A stretch of 63,182 nucleotides of DNA, filler included, from Kipferlia bialata (taxonomy: Eukaryota): the NCBI GenBank assembly GCA_003568945.1. It is 6 parts of 6 records of this genome, joined end to end, with 100 filler letters (N's around TTAATTAATTAA, not from the genome) between each part and the next. Parts side by side here need not be neighbours in the genome. Positions count along the whole stretch, not along the records: positions 10,554 to 21,005 come from BDIP01001421.1; positions 21,106 to 31,555 come from BDIP01001422.1; 4 more parts are not named here. One strand, given 5' to 3'. The translations under genes were made by a program, and so were the position numbers. A model generated the notes under the pieces. It had not been told where the DNA came from and did no database searches. It saw nothing but the letters and a program-made list of their open reading frames with translations. Positions 11,698 to 24,393 of this stretch are shown here, piece after piece (position 1 is the first letter of the stretch; the number at the start of each line of letters is the position of its first letter).

Positions 11698-13395
11698 ATG
11701 CTGCCCATGTGGGGAAATGGCGATCCCTTGAGTGAGCGGGTTGCTGAAGAGCAGCGATTTTCCTTGGGTGAGTACTGGAATTGTATACTGATGCTGATGT
11801 CACTTGTCTTGTATTGGCGCGGTTTAAATCTTCTAACTCCAGGTCCGCAAGCATATATGGACCGGTTCAGCGTGCCAATATATGTACATGATCTGTATGA
11901 GCAGCAGGTACGATGTCTCCCCTTGTACTGTTCACTGGTTGTCTCTTGCCACTAAATCAGGCCAAGACCCGGCCTAGTGATCCAGTTCTCTTTGCTGAGC
12001 ACTACTTTAGGGATCTGGACTCTGGCGCAGGTATGTAACTCTGTGCAGTCCAGTATGGATCGTTGTCCCCTTACCCAGCTGTACTGTACCGGACGTATGA
12101 CTTCAGTATCAGTATCAGTATCATAGATCTATCATAGATACTGATACTGATACTGACCCAGCTGTACTGTACCGGACGTATGACTTCTGCACTGCCACCA
12201 CCCGCAACACCCTTGCCCTGCTCTCCAACATTAGGAAGGGGGTGGCGGGGTTTGATGCCTCAGCCCCGTCCCAGGGAGATGGGTCCGACCCAATATCAGA
12301 CCTGGGTACTCCTGACCTACCCGCCCAGGCCCTGTCCATACCGGACTGGACAGAGCTGTTGCAGGTGGGGGGTGTTACTAGTGATGTGGTGTGTTGGTGT
12401 ATGACTGATACTTGTATTGGGTATCCCAGAGTCCCTATGGTGCCTGGCCCCACCCCAGATGATGTGCCCCGACTTCCCGTCCCGGGTGCTGGATGATGTG
12501 GCAGAGATACTCCTGGCCAACCCATCGCTGCAGGGCACCAGCACCATCCCGGGGGAGGAGGGTCGGAGCGTGAGTGACTTCACCCCAGCAGAGTTCCTGC
12601 CAGTGCTCGAGACACGTGTGTTCTTTTCACGCTTTCTGAAGAAGGTATCTTCTGCTATCCAGATCCCACAGCTGCAGTGTCACTGCCCCTGTCTTACATA
12701 CTTACATATTCTCTGACAATGTCGACTGCAGGTCCTGACTGCCTTCCAGACCCAGTATCAGTATCAGTATCAATATATACAGTAGTGCCTTCTCTATAAA
12801 CACTGATGCTGATACAGGTCCTGACTGCCTTCCAGACCCAGTATCAGTATCAGTATCAGTATATAGTAGTGCCTTCTCTATATATACACTGGTACTGATA
12901 CAGGTCCTGACTGCCTTCCAGACCCAGCTGGTGGAGGCCAAGCCCGAGACCCCGAAGGACAGGGCTGGGGCCAAGAGCCCGAAGGCGGCCAAGGCCCAGC
13001 ACCCGAAGACAGGGCGGGTCAGGGTCAACGGGATGAGTGCCGTACTCAGTGCGGTGTTGGTTGCAGAGAAGGCCACGTGCGTGTGCCCGCCCCCCTACCC
13101 GTGCCGCAAGGCTGCAGTGCGTACCGAGGATGCCCTGAAGGAGTGGAACAAGGCCAGGGACCAGGAGCTGCTGGCCCAGCGGGAGGTGGCCTGTCAGAGC
13201 AAGGCAGTGTCAGTGTCAATGGGGTCTGCCTCGCCCTCTGCCCTGCGGAGGACTGGGTCTGGGTCTGGGTCTGGGTCTGGGTCTGGTCTGGGTGGCATGG
13301 GTACCCCGGTTGCAGTCAGAGCACCCCTCACCATCGAGAGGATATTCCTGCTCTTCTGCTACTACCTCTCCTCCCAGGAGATCCTGCACCAGTGA
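11698..13395 (+). CDS. CSTPP1/C11orf49-like tubulin polyglutamylase complex regulator, multi-exon
   Basis: AYMDRFSVPIYVHDL...FAEHYFRDLDSGAAVLYRTYDFCTATTRNTLALL...LSIPDWTELLQMMCPDFPSRVL...FTPAEFL...FFSRFL matches recalled C11orf49 (EYFNSVCQGTHILFREFSFVQATPHNR...LLQLLCPDFP...YSEFL). Start is ATG 11698 or 11707. Confidence 0.7.
12073..12187. repeat. 32-bp direct repeat flanking a 51-bp palindromic (CAGTAT)3...(ATACTG)3 insert
   Basis: ACCCAGCTGTACTGTACCGGACGTATGACTTC occurs at 12073-12104 and 12156-12187. A perfect 19-bp inverted repeat lies at 12104-12122/12137-12155. Confidence 0.95.
12729..12927. repeat. Three 27-bp acceptor+exon-start copies separated by (TATCAG)n...CTGATA spacers
   Basis: CAGGTCCTGACTGCCTTCCAGACCCAG occurs at 12729, 12815 and 12901. 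Confidence 0.95.
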
Positions 13396-14160
13396 CCGCC
13401 ACCTCACAAAACAAGGCTGAGGGGTATATGCAGTGCTATGGCTCTATGGAGATGGACAGGGTTGTGTGGTGGCTTGTTGTATTATGTGTTTATTGTATTT
13501 GGTTATCCCCTGTGTGTCACTCCATTCTAAGCAATAGAGACTCTGGCTGTATCTATATGACTGTGGCAGCGGATGGGACATATGTGTATTTACATATATA
13601 CTGGAAGGGCGGTGAGTCACCAGTGGTGACAAAGTGAATACTATCGCCCCACTTGGAATCCCAAATATCATAGTCAGCTATCATGCCCAGAATATCACAC
13701 TAATACTCTGGTACCATAGCCAAGCACACCAGTCAAAACGTACCATGGCAACTCCAATTCAGCACATCATGCCAAAAGTGCCAGATTCCAAGGGGAGAAC
13801 CATCCGATAGGTAGGTCAACCCTGCAACACGAGGGAGACGACACCATACAAGGTGATACCTCATGTGTTGATACATCTCACTTCGGGAAAAGCTCTGATA
13901 GCCACTTCTAGACCACATACCCTGGACCCAGACACGTGCAGATAGAGCAAACCCTTCTCAAGGGCTCAGAGCACAGAAGGGATCAGAACCAGCCACACCA
14001 GTATTAACAGGACACACCGCTGACAGTACCGTGGTGCACTTACACATACCGGTGGACACTGTCGATGTAAACACAGTGAGTGTACACATATGGACATGGG
14101 GGCACATGCGTGGCAACAATGGCCCCTGTGTTGGATACAGTGTGCATCAGTCACCAGTCC

Positions 14161-15540
14161 TCAGTCCTCCTCTGTTGTCTCCTGGTCGATGCCTGACCAG
14201 GTGTCAGTGTCAGAGGTGTCACACAGACTGTCCTCCAGGGCATCACCTACATCACCTACATCACCTACATCACCATCCCCCTCCCCACCACCATCACTGT
14301 GTGTGGAGTCCGTAGGTAGGGAGGGTATGTCCCCAGGGCCATGGGGAGCAGCCTTCCCACCCTTGGTGACCATAGCCACTAGTGATGCCCAGACACCCCT
14401 GACCACGGCATACCCCACCCCCCCGCCCACCTCTGGGGCAGCATCCCCCACCGCCACAGACACCACCCTGACACCTGCAGCACCCATGGCCCTCAGACAG
14501 GCACCCACGTTCACACCCAGCACACACACCTGGTATCAGTATCAGTGTCAGTATCTGTCAGACACCGCTCCATATGATACTGATCTATATATTGCATATA
14601 TCCACACACCTGGACCCACGATGCAGTGGGGGCTCCCGCCACAGCCTGCCGCACCTCTAGGTAGAGGAGGGGGAGAGAGGCGTGGAGGGCGGCAGGGGAC
14701 ACGAGTAGAACCCTACAGAGTGTGACTAGGGATGGTAGTGCGGCACAGAGAGAGAGGGCGGGCCCCCAGTCCAGCAGCCATAGCACATTGAGCCAGACGC
14801 ACACCAGACACTCCGCTGTCCTGGGCATAAAAGGGAAGGATGGGGTGGGGGGGGATGAGAGGGGGGGGGGGGACACGATAACCTGAAGAATGATAGACCC
14901 AAGAATAACAAAGTGTTCACTGCCCCCTGCCTGTCTCTCAGCAGCTGTCTTGATGATACTGATACTCATACTGATACTTTTGATACACGGACACATGATA
15001 CGCATACCTGCCTATCAGCAGCATGTGGATGCCGATGGACTGGTACTGCGGCACCGACCCCCATATCAGTAGGGTCTCGGTCACAGAGAGAAGGGCGTCA
15101 GGAGGAAAGAGGTCAGAGTACCCTACTACACAAGAGACATCAGAGGGGTGCGGGTCCGGGTCTGACAGAAGCCCCTCTGATAGTACTGTGGCTGCTCGCA
15201 CAGAAGTGTCCAAGGCCACCCACAGCCGGAGGGCAACGGGGGTGATGTCCTGAGACCCCTGACACGTGGGGTGGTCATTGGGGAACATCACCCGCCACAG
15301 ACACCATAGGGCGCACACCCCGGCCACTCCCAGCAGCATCGTCCGTAGCATGGTCCGGCAGACGCTGCTGAAGTATGGGGAAGAGCCAAACCGAGCCAGA
15401 GACCAGCTAACAGATAGGGTAATCGCCACAATGGTGCTGGTGACTGTGCACCATCCTATGAACCAAAATGTGGCAGGAAGAGACTCAACTACCCGTGTCA
15501 GGGAACAGACGTCAATCAATGCCTCTAAGCCTGGCATGCC
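14161..15540 (-). CDS. Hypothetical multi-pass membrane protein with acidic C-tail, about 3 exons, start uncertain
   Basis: Hydrophobic segments (FWFIGWCTVTSTIVAITLSVSW; LLGVAGVCALWCLW; LVCVWLNVLWLL) joined through GT-AG introns to ...DQETTEED*. Confidence 0.5.
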
Positions 15541-15707
15541 AGGATGGCGGTAAAAGAGTGACAGACAGAGCAATAGTTGGAAATGACATTGCAAAAGCGA
15601 AGGCAATGTGTCAACCATTGCATCAACGGTTGCATCAATGATTGCAACCAAAACGTTGCGAAGAGGAAAGCTGTCACGAAGAGCATTCTTTACGACTGAT
15701 AACACAA

Positions 15708-15809
15708 GTAAGTGGGTCAGGGTAGTAGATTGACGCTCTTAACGTGTGGCTGAGTGTCATAAGGGTGTTTATTTTGTTGCTGCTCTTCCCTTCCGTTTGC
15801 TAACCTCAG
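15708..15809 (+). other. Probable 5'-UTR intron of profilin
   Basis: GTAAGT at 15708 and GCTAACCTCAG ending at 15809, 2 nt before the ATG. Confidence 0.6.
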
Positions 15810-15811
15810 AA

Positions 15812-16408
15812 ATGTCTTGGGATGGAATTCTGAGCCAGATGCTGACCTCCAAGGGCAACTGCACTGAGGGTGCTGTCTACGGACGCAACGGTGCTGTGTG
15901 GGCCAAGTCTGCCAACTTCTCCCTCAACCCTGAGGTTTGTAGATGGTCATGATGGGTCTTTGACAATTTGACAAGTTGCCCTCTCTTCCTCTGTTCTCAA
16001 CCCAGGGCATCATCCAGTCCATGTTCTCTGACGCTGGCCGCGAGTACCTCCAGACCAACGGACTTTACATCTCCAACTCCCGCTTCAGATTTGTTCGCGG
16101 AGACGATGAGGTATGAGTGAATGTACAGTGATCATAACAATTACACTCTTCCTTTCCGTACAACATGTTGATGTGTCCCCTCATATTATCACGACCACTA
16201 TCAATATGGTACAGAGCCTTGTGCTGACTTCCAGGTGATCATCATGGCCGCCTCCAAGCCCGAGGACGAGAACCTCCCCCACGGAGCCTTCTTCATCGCC
16301 ACCAACCAGACCGTGGTGTGCGCCGTGTTCCCCGCCCGCACCTTCAAGGGCGCTGCCTCCCTCGACGCCCACGCCCTCGCTGACTACCTCAAGACATCTG
16401 GGTACTAA
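15812..16408 (+). CDS. Profilin, 3 exons, complete
   Basis: MSWDGILSQML...EGAVYGRNGAVWAKS / ...LQTNGLYISNSRFRFVRGDDE / ...ATNQTVVCAVF...ALADYLKTSGY*. Strong C-ending codon bias; AATAAA near 16493. Confidence 0.93.
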
Positions 16409-16938
16409 GCAGGCACTTTGGTGCACCCAGGTTTTGTGGTGCGACAAGCTGCTCTGTAGGTCATTCTCCCAGCAGTGTGTTCCTCTTGTTGGAATAAATG
16501 TGTGTGTGTGTGTGTCTTTTCAGTATTGTGATGTCGTGTATACATGTTTTGGTTGAGTTTGAAAGAAGGTGGTTTGGTAGTATTTGTGGCAATTGGCTCC
16601 TCTGTGTATTGTCACTGGTGTGATCAAGGGTGTGTATCAGTCCCCAGCAGACAGATGTTCATACCCTAGATGGTATTCCCAACGTGATACTCATGTCATA
16701 TGACTGACTGTGTCAGAGCGGTTGCTCGTAGAAAGTTGCCTGTAGAGTGTTCAATACCACTTCATATAGTATGAGAAGTCAGTGCTGGATACATCGTGTA
16801 AACTCTGTATGACAATGCTAGGCCTAGTCACTGTGCTTAATACCTATCATCATGAATTCACTCAGGCATTGGGCAGTAATCAGGTCTTGGTTCTTGGAAG
16901 GTATTAAGTCTGGCACCCGTAGACATGTACAACGATAC

Positions 16939-19900
16939 TCAGTTGCAAGTGAGTATCCTCCCATCTATACATTTCTTCTTAGCCTCAGTGTCTTTGTCTG
17001 ACCACAAATCAGTACTGCACCTGACCACCCCATCTGCATGTACGTGTCTATTAATATATGAATGTGTGTGTGTCCATGTCACACCATGTGCACCCTGAGT
17101 CTGTCCTCTATGTCTGGGGTGTACCAGTGGGAGTGGAGGCACTTCCTGGCCTGGTGGGTGAGACATTAGAGAGGCATGAGGCCATACAGAGGCATGCATG
17201 TGAGTGTGCATGTATGGATACTGGGATCACTCATACAGGCACGGATAGATGACGGGGGTAAGATGCAAACAAATAGACACGGTGCATGTTCATCCATATA
17301 CTATAACTAGTATGAGCAGTATTCAACCACACCCATCCCACACAGTATGTCATAGAACAATACAAGATGACATCTGAACAACCCCACAGGACAGAGTCTC
17401 ATGAGCATGTATATATAATAATGCAATAGCACTCCCTACCAGTGTGAGTTCCTGCTTCCGCTGTGCCTTGTTGGAGGACAGAGGTATGCCAACTGGCGTC
17501 AGTGCTAGTATGGTATGCAAATGTATGGGGTATCAGGTAAAAGTAGAGTATAGCCATTGATATAGGTATCAGTGCCAGTATACTCACGCAGCAGGCACAA
17601 TTCAGATACACGGCACCATACACCTCTCCGGCAGGTATATATATATCATACCACATTCGTATACACAGAGGGGTAGCACCCGTACCCTTCTCCAGGAGGT
17701 ATGGGATGGAGTACACAGGCTGGGCTCCTCGCTCATAGGCTGACAGGGCCTGGGGTGGGTATGGAGACACGGAGACGCACTCATACATATATGTATATAT
17801 ATACACGTGTATAACCACAAAAGACACAAATATAAAGAGGTATGAGTGTCAGTCCAGATATATATACACATCCCCCGATACCTTCTTGGATGCAGGTAGT
17901 GCTAACACAAACACCCTGTCAATCTGCAGTGCCTTGAGAGGCCTGGTAGGGTGGTAGAGAGAGGTGTGGGCCAGGAGTGGGGGGAGGGACCCAAACTTAG
18001 CCTGGAATCAGTGGTTAATACAATTATTCAGTGGTTGTAACATTGGTATGCATTATGACTGTGTTATACATGTAAAATACTATTAGGATTCTGCTAAACC
18101 AACCATATATATACACTATTGAATTGTCAAACACATACATATACTGGTACAAACCCATGAAGGAGTGTGTCTGTATATATATATTACACACCTGACACAG
18201 GGGACACAGGAAGGGACACACATGCTCGTTGGCAGTCATAGTGTCTGAGTGTAAGATGGATATGGAGAGGAATGTGTGCACTTTCCCACCAATACACGCA
18301 TCATATGGGTGCATACATGTACACATATACATCCATGCACACACTGATGCCCCCATACATACATACATGGATATACCTAGACACCGCCTGGGCACCTTGC
18401 GCCCAGTGCAGTCAGTCACACCGACCCCAGCCACACTCTCAGGCAGCAGAGAGACACGGTCGAGGGTGGCCTGGGTCAGCACAACCTGCTCATATACACG
18501 TATACATGGAGGTATGGATAGGTATACTGGCATGGTGTAGGGACCGCTACAGGTGGGGCCAACAAAGACACTCTCACCATTGAGAATCGTATATATATGT
18601 GTGTATACGATGCATGCCCACCTGCACCGCCCTGAGTCTCTTTGCTGTGAACATGCCCCCGTCCCCCACAGACGCAGAGGCAGGCATCTTGGCTGAGGGT
18701 AAGGAATTACAATGTACTATTATAGGTCAGACACAAGGTATGAATGCAGGGCATATGGGACAGGTATCCCACACGCAACGACAGGATAATGAGACTGAAT
18801 ACACATGCCACCTTGTATGAAAGGGAGTGCCCCTGCAAATGTGAACACATTGAAGAAGGCATCAAATGCCGCATAGAGGCACTGCTGCTTGGTCAGAGGC
18901 CACTGGGCCCAGTTAGACATGGACACCTGGCGTCAGTGGATATGGGTATATGTACAGAGGATACTGGCCCTGACCAGCAGAAGGAGTGTACCATACCTTT
19001 CTAGACTTGGGGGTGGCACTTCCACACCCTGGGGTGAGAGGAGGGTGAGAGGAGGGGGTAGTGGAAGAGAGATACACTGAATACCTATAGCTGTTCTACA
19101 TATGTAGAGTTTGAGAGCCAACCACCCTATCACATAGATGCGTGATGTCCCTGCTAGACTATCCATTCGTCACTACGATAAAATACAGTACATCAGCCCC
19201 TACCTAGCCCCTCTGCGACCACCCCCATCTGCAGGGAGCCATACCTCAGTTGGGTCATGTAGGGATGGATGTCTGCGGTCGGGGGGGGGGGACATATGGA
19301 GATATCTTGCGCCCTGACCACCCTCCCTCTACTTCTACATACCCATATATATTCCCACACCCATACCTACACTCTCTAGCAGGGGCTTCCCAAATGACTT
19401 CAGGTACTCTGCCTTGTCTGCCTGGGGGCCTAGGGGTAAGGGGGCACATAACATACTGAATACTTCATATATACAACTACTACAACTGCAAGTGTGATCT
19501 AACGGGGCAGCGTCAGTGGTTGAAGCTAAGAGGAATAACCTATGACGATCCTATCCAGATTGCAATGCCATACTCTACCCCTGTACAATATATGAGGTGC
19601 TCCACCCCAGAGACATACACATACATGTGTGACCCCATGCACACACACCCTGACACTGCCTGCACTAGGCGAGGTATATATATGTGTAGGTGTGTCGACG
19701 CCATGCACAAATAGATAGGTATGTATACCCTTGATGAGGTAGAGGGGCTGGCCGTGCTGGCCTGCCCTGTCAAGGAGGTCAGAGAACAGAGGGGATCTGC
19801 TATCAACACCATGAGTATTACCAGAAGGACTCTAGGGGGGAGCCACATGCTGTGTGAAGCCATTGATGCACTGATATTGTTGCATAACTACAAAATGACA

Positions 19901-20860
19901 TCGAAACACACCTATGCCTTTTGAATACAAATGCAACCACTCCCATATATACCCCCACCCACCTGTTAGCAATGTCCATAGACGACCCCGGCGTGACATG
20001 CAGCACAAAGGACTCCCTGGGTGAATAATGATATAGGGTATACTAATATACAATATATATATATATATATATTGTATATTATATAGGGTGACAAGTCAGA
20101 CACAGGTACACAGCATACATATATACACACTCCCGAGTGTTGCCAGATCCGCACAGAGAAGTATCCACACACACACATACACCCGCACCTGAGGGTTGCT
20201 AGTTGTATGACACTGATGGGAGAGAACTGTCCCCTCTGGAAGGCAGGTCTCCACTCGCTGAAGGGTCAGGCGGAGGGATATAGTATGCACACAGCTGAGT
20301 ATCGATATGCACAGGCACATCTGGGTGTATGTGTGTATATGTATATATATATACTTCCACCCCACGTACAAGTCCACCCCCAGGACGGGTTGGGTCTGTA
20401 GATACTTGACCACACGCCGGATATCGGCAGGCTGGGGGTCAGAAGATGTAACACTCTTGACTCTTGTTACGCGAGAAATCAGGGGGGGGGGGTTATGGTA
20501 TATCTGTAACCCGATATGTATGGTATATCAACCGTCACCTGCTTCTCTATGTGTATGAAGTAGCACCGCACGTGATGGGTGGGAAGTAGCTCCAACGTGT
20601 TGAGGCATCCACTCAGCTTGCCTGATAGGGTAAGACTAGGTCAATATACGCACATAATGTCTATAGCAACTCTTTCGCATCTGCCTGGGCTGTGCGGGAC
20701 ATGTCAGATATTGTGTAGTGACTTGTACATACACATATCCATGTATCCCTATATGGTATTGACACCCACCCCCCGTATCGAATCTGCCTGGGCTGTCTCT
20801 GCTCTGCCGTACTGCCTCCAGTATGGACGCAAGGTCAGAGTGCGGGTTGGACCCAGTGGC
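16939..20860 (-). CDS. DEDDy 3'-5' exonuclease domain protein (WRN-exo/EXD/Mut-7-like), 5'-truncated, multi-exon
   Basis: The spliced ExoI motif reads VLGVDF|EWRPAFQRGQFSPISVIQLAT and the ExoIII region reads SMSNWAQWPLTKQQCLYAAFDA. An unrecognised C-terminal extension ends ...DGRILTCN*. Confidence 0.8.
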
Positions 20861-20952
20861 CTGAGGGGTGAGGGGAAGAGGGATATGGGGACATTGGTAC
20901 CGGTATCAGAATTGGCTCAAGCTATTAATAAGAGATTAAGAGGGGGGAGGGG

Positions 20953-20989
<37 letters not shown>

Positions 20990-21005
20990 GAAGAGAGAGA
21001 GAGAG

Positions 21006-21105
21006 NNNNNNNNNNNNNNNNNNNNNNNNNNNNNNNNNNNNNNNNNNNNTTAATTAATTAANNNNNNNNNNNNNNNNNNNNNNNNNNNNNNNNNNNNNNN
21101 NNNNN
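21006..21105. other. Artificial scaffold linker
   Basis: TTAATTAATTAA at 21050-21061 within N runs. Confidence 0.97.
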
Positions 21106-21154
<49 letters not shown>

Positions 21155-21162
<8 letters not shown>

Positions 21163-24100
21163 AGGTGGGCTCTGCCATCCCATAGGTGTATATACAAGGT
21201 AGATATGCACGTAAGATCATTACCGTAGAAGACATGATTCTTGCAAATACCAATGTATATCCACGCCACTCACCGTCCAGCAGTAGAATCGAGGGTCTCC
21301 CGGTCAGTGCGATGGCCAGACTGCACCTGATGGGTCAGTGAAATATGGTATGTATATACTATATACACATACTATATACACTTGTATGATGTCAATGTAA
21401 TGGCCAGACTGCACCTGAAGGGTCAGGGGCGTATTACAATATACAAATGATGCCCCCAGACAGGGTGTATCTCTCTCTCTCCCTAGCTCTATACACATAC
21501 CCATACTACACATATAATATACTGTACCTCCGCTGCATGCCCCCAGACAGGGCCCCGATGCGGTGGTCCCTCTTCTCGGTCAGGCCTAGGGGTAAGGTCA
21601 TACACAAGGAGAGGGAGGGAGAGAGGGAGGGAGAGAGTAAAGAACCACACACTCTAGCGTACCTACGCTCTCAATGAGTGGGTCAACTGCAGCCAGTGCC
21701 TCCTGTCTAGACAGACCCCTCAGCCTCATGTAGAAGACAACCTCCTCGTGCACAGTAAGCTCGAGGTGGAGTCTAAGGGGTCAGTACGTCTGTACGTGTG
21801 AACACATACAACAGTAACAGTTCAAATACACTAGATCTATATACTGTCTCTCACCTGTCATGCTGTGGACACACTCCCAGCTGACTCAGCAGCCTGGCCT
21901 TGTCCAACCTGGTCACATCGCCACCAGCTATGTAGACAGTGCCGCTACGGTTAGTATATATAGTCGTATGTATATACATATATTATGAATGTCTGTAAGT
22001 GTGGCCTTGTCCAACCTGGTCACATCGCCACCAGCTATGTAGACAGTGCCGCTAGAGTTAATGTCTGTAGTCGTTTGTATATATATATACTATGTAGGTA
22101 TGTATAGTACTTGTCCAGCCTGGTCACATCACCCCCAGCTATGTAGACAGTGCCGCTAGGGTTAGCATGTAAAGAGTGGAATGAATACAAAGCTATGTAG
22201 ACAGTGCCACTGAGGGTAAGGAAAGGTAGTTGGAATGTATGATGACACGACATAAAACTATACTAACACAATAGGTGTGTGGTCCCATCAACAGTACCAC
22301 TGAGTGTTAGTATGTATAAATATTGAATCGAAAGAGTGGTACACTGGAAACCGCAGTATACCTAGTTGGTCTGAGTGTGCCGCATATGAGGTTGATGGTG
22401 GTAGATACACATTCATATATGTATATAGATAGATATATACTCATATATATATATATATATATATACTATACCTTGTGGGTCTCAGTGTGCCGCATATCAG
22501 GTTGATGGTATATATACAGTATATATGCTTATAATACTATACTCATATAAAGATATAAGTATACATATATACCTCGTTGGCCTGAGTGTGCCGCATATCA
22601 GGTTGATGGTGGTATATATACGATATACATATGAATACACTCATATATACATGTATAGATGTTTCATATACCTAGTAGGTCTGAGTGTGCCGCATATCAG
22701 GTTGATGGTGGTATATATATATAGATAGATATATAGATATATAGATATATAGATATATATTTGTGTATATATATATGTACTATAATGTACTATATGTTAC
22801 CTAGTTGGTCTGAGTGTGCCGCATATCAGGTTGATGGTGGTAGATACACATTTATACATGTATATATATAGATATATACTCATATGTATATATATACTAA
22901 TGCATTCTACCTCGTTGGTCTGAGTGTGCCGCATATCAGGTTGATGGTGGTATATATACAGTATATATACTCATAATACTATACTCATATATAGAAATAT
23001 ATATATACTATACCTAGTAGGTCTGAGTGTGCCGCATATGAGGTTGATGGTGGTGCTCTTGCCAGCACCGTTCTCTCCTGGGGTGTGAGCAAATGTATAC
23101 ATACGCATATTTATATATATATAGAGAGAGAGAGACGAGTTAGAGGTCATTCGAACAAGAGCAAGGAATATCCATATATACACTTAGCATCCCGAAGCAC
23201 ACGAGAAACAGACACAACACACACATATACAGGTATATAATCATTGAGAGAGAGATACCTAGCAATCCGAAGCACGTGTCCTTGTCGACAGCAAGGGAGG
23301 TACGGTGAACGGCAGTGTTGGCTGGGTCTCTACCCGTGGCCGGGAATACCTGGGTATGGGAAAGAATACAGAAAGACAGCGTGTGAATAATAGTAGAAAT
23401 ATCACTCCTAGATCGAATATGAGAGAGGGCCGGGAAAACTCACGCAACACACTAAGCACTATACCTGCAACTCTATTGTATCCATTTATACCAGTTTATA
23501 TACATATACCTTCTTGAGCTGTGTGATGACCAAGGGTGGCAGACCACTTGCCATATATATAGTACGTCATGCTTTTAGAGAGTGTACATAATATGTAGTG
23601 TATAGTACATACCTTCTTGAGCTGTGTGATGACCAGAGGTGGCAGGCCACTCTCTCCCTCTGTCTCTCCCTCTCCCCCTCCCGCTGTCCCTGTCTCCCCC
23701 TTGACCAGTGTCTGCACCCTCTCTCTCTCAAGGGCGACATCGGCATCCTCATCTACAGTTAGGGGCGTATAGATATACTTACTTATGATATATAGTATAT
23801 AGTAAACACTATGTGTCTGTATTCTCTCTCAAGGGCAACATCGGCATCCTCATCTGCAGTGAGTATAATTTGTATGAGGTATTGTCATCCCATACATGTA
23901 TACTACACAAATACCAGTACCTTCCTCGTCTCTCTGCCCATCTACCAGTAGGGCAGTGGTCTCTGTACCAGAAGACTCTCCCTACAGTGAATGATATAGA
24001 TATAGCTAGAGGTAGTAATAGTGGGAAACAAATGTTCACTACACTCTATATGTACAGCTGTGCAGTGCATATCCTCACCTCGCAGGCGTTGGCCCCGTAC

Positions 24101-24353
24101 TTCTCTCTCTCTCTCTCTCTCAATGTGTATGTATAACTCATATATAAATATAGGAACACTATGGTACATTGCATCCTCACCTCGCAGGCCTTGTTCTTGG
24201 CCTTGGCCCCGTACTTCTCTCTCTCTCTATATATATATCTATACATACAGAATGTAGCTACTAACCTCGCAGGCCTTGTTCTTGGCCTTGGCCCCGTACT
24301 TCTCTGGGAATATGTACCCAAGGAAGAAGAGAGGGTTCAGACGGGACTAGAAT

Positions 24354-24393
<40 letters not shown>

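Noticed and set aside
20766..20790. Possible GC donor (CAG|GCAGAT) in the exonuclease gene
   Set aside because: A same-phase GT donor (GTGGGT) lies 18 nt downstream and the GC context is poor.
22361..22951. Regularly spaced ~40-bp repeats with unique-looking spacers resembling a CRISPR array
   Set aside because: The repeats are copies of the adjacent ABCA exon end, spacers are AT microsatellite-like intron pieces, there are no cas genes, and the context is eukaryotic.
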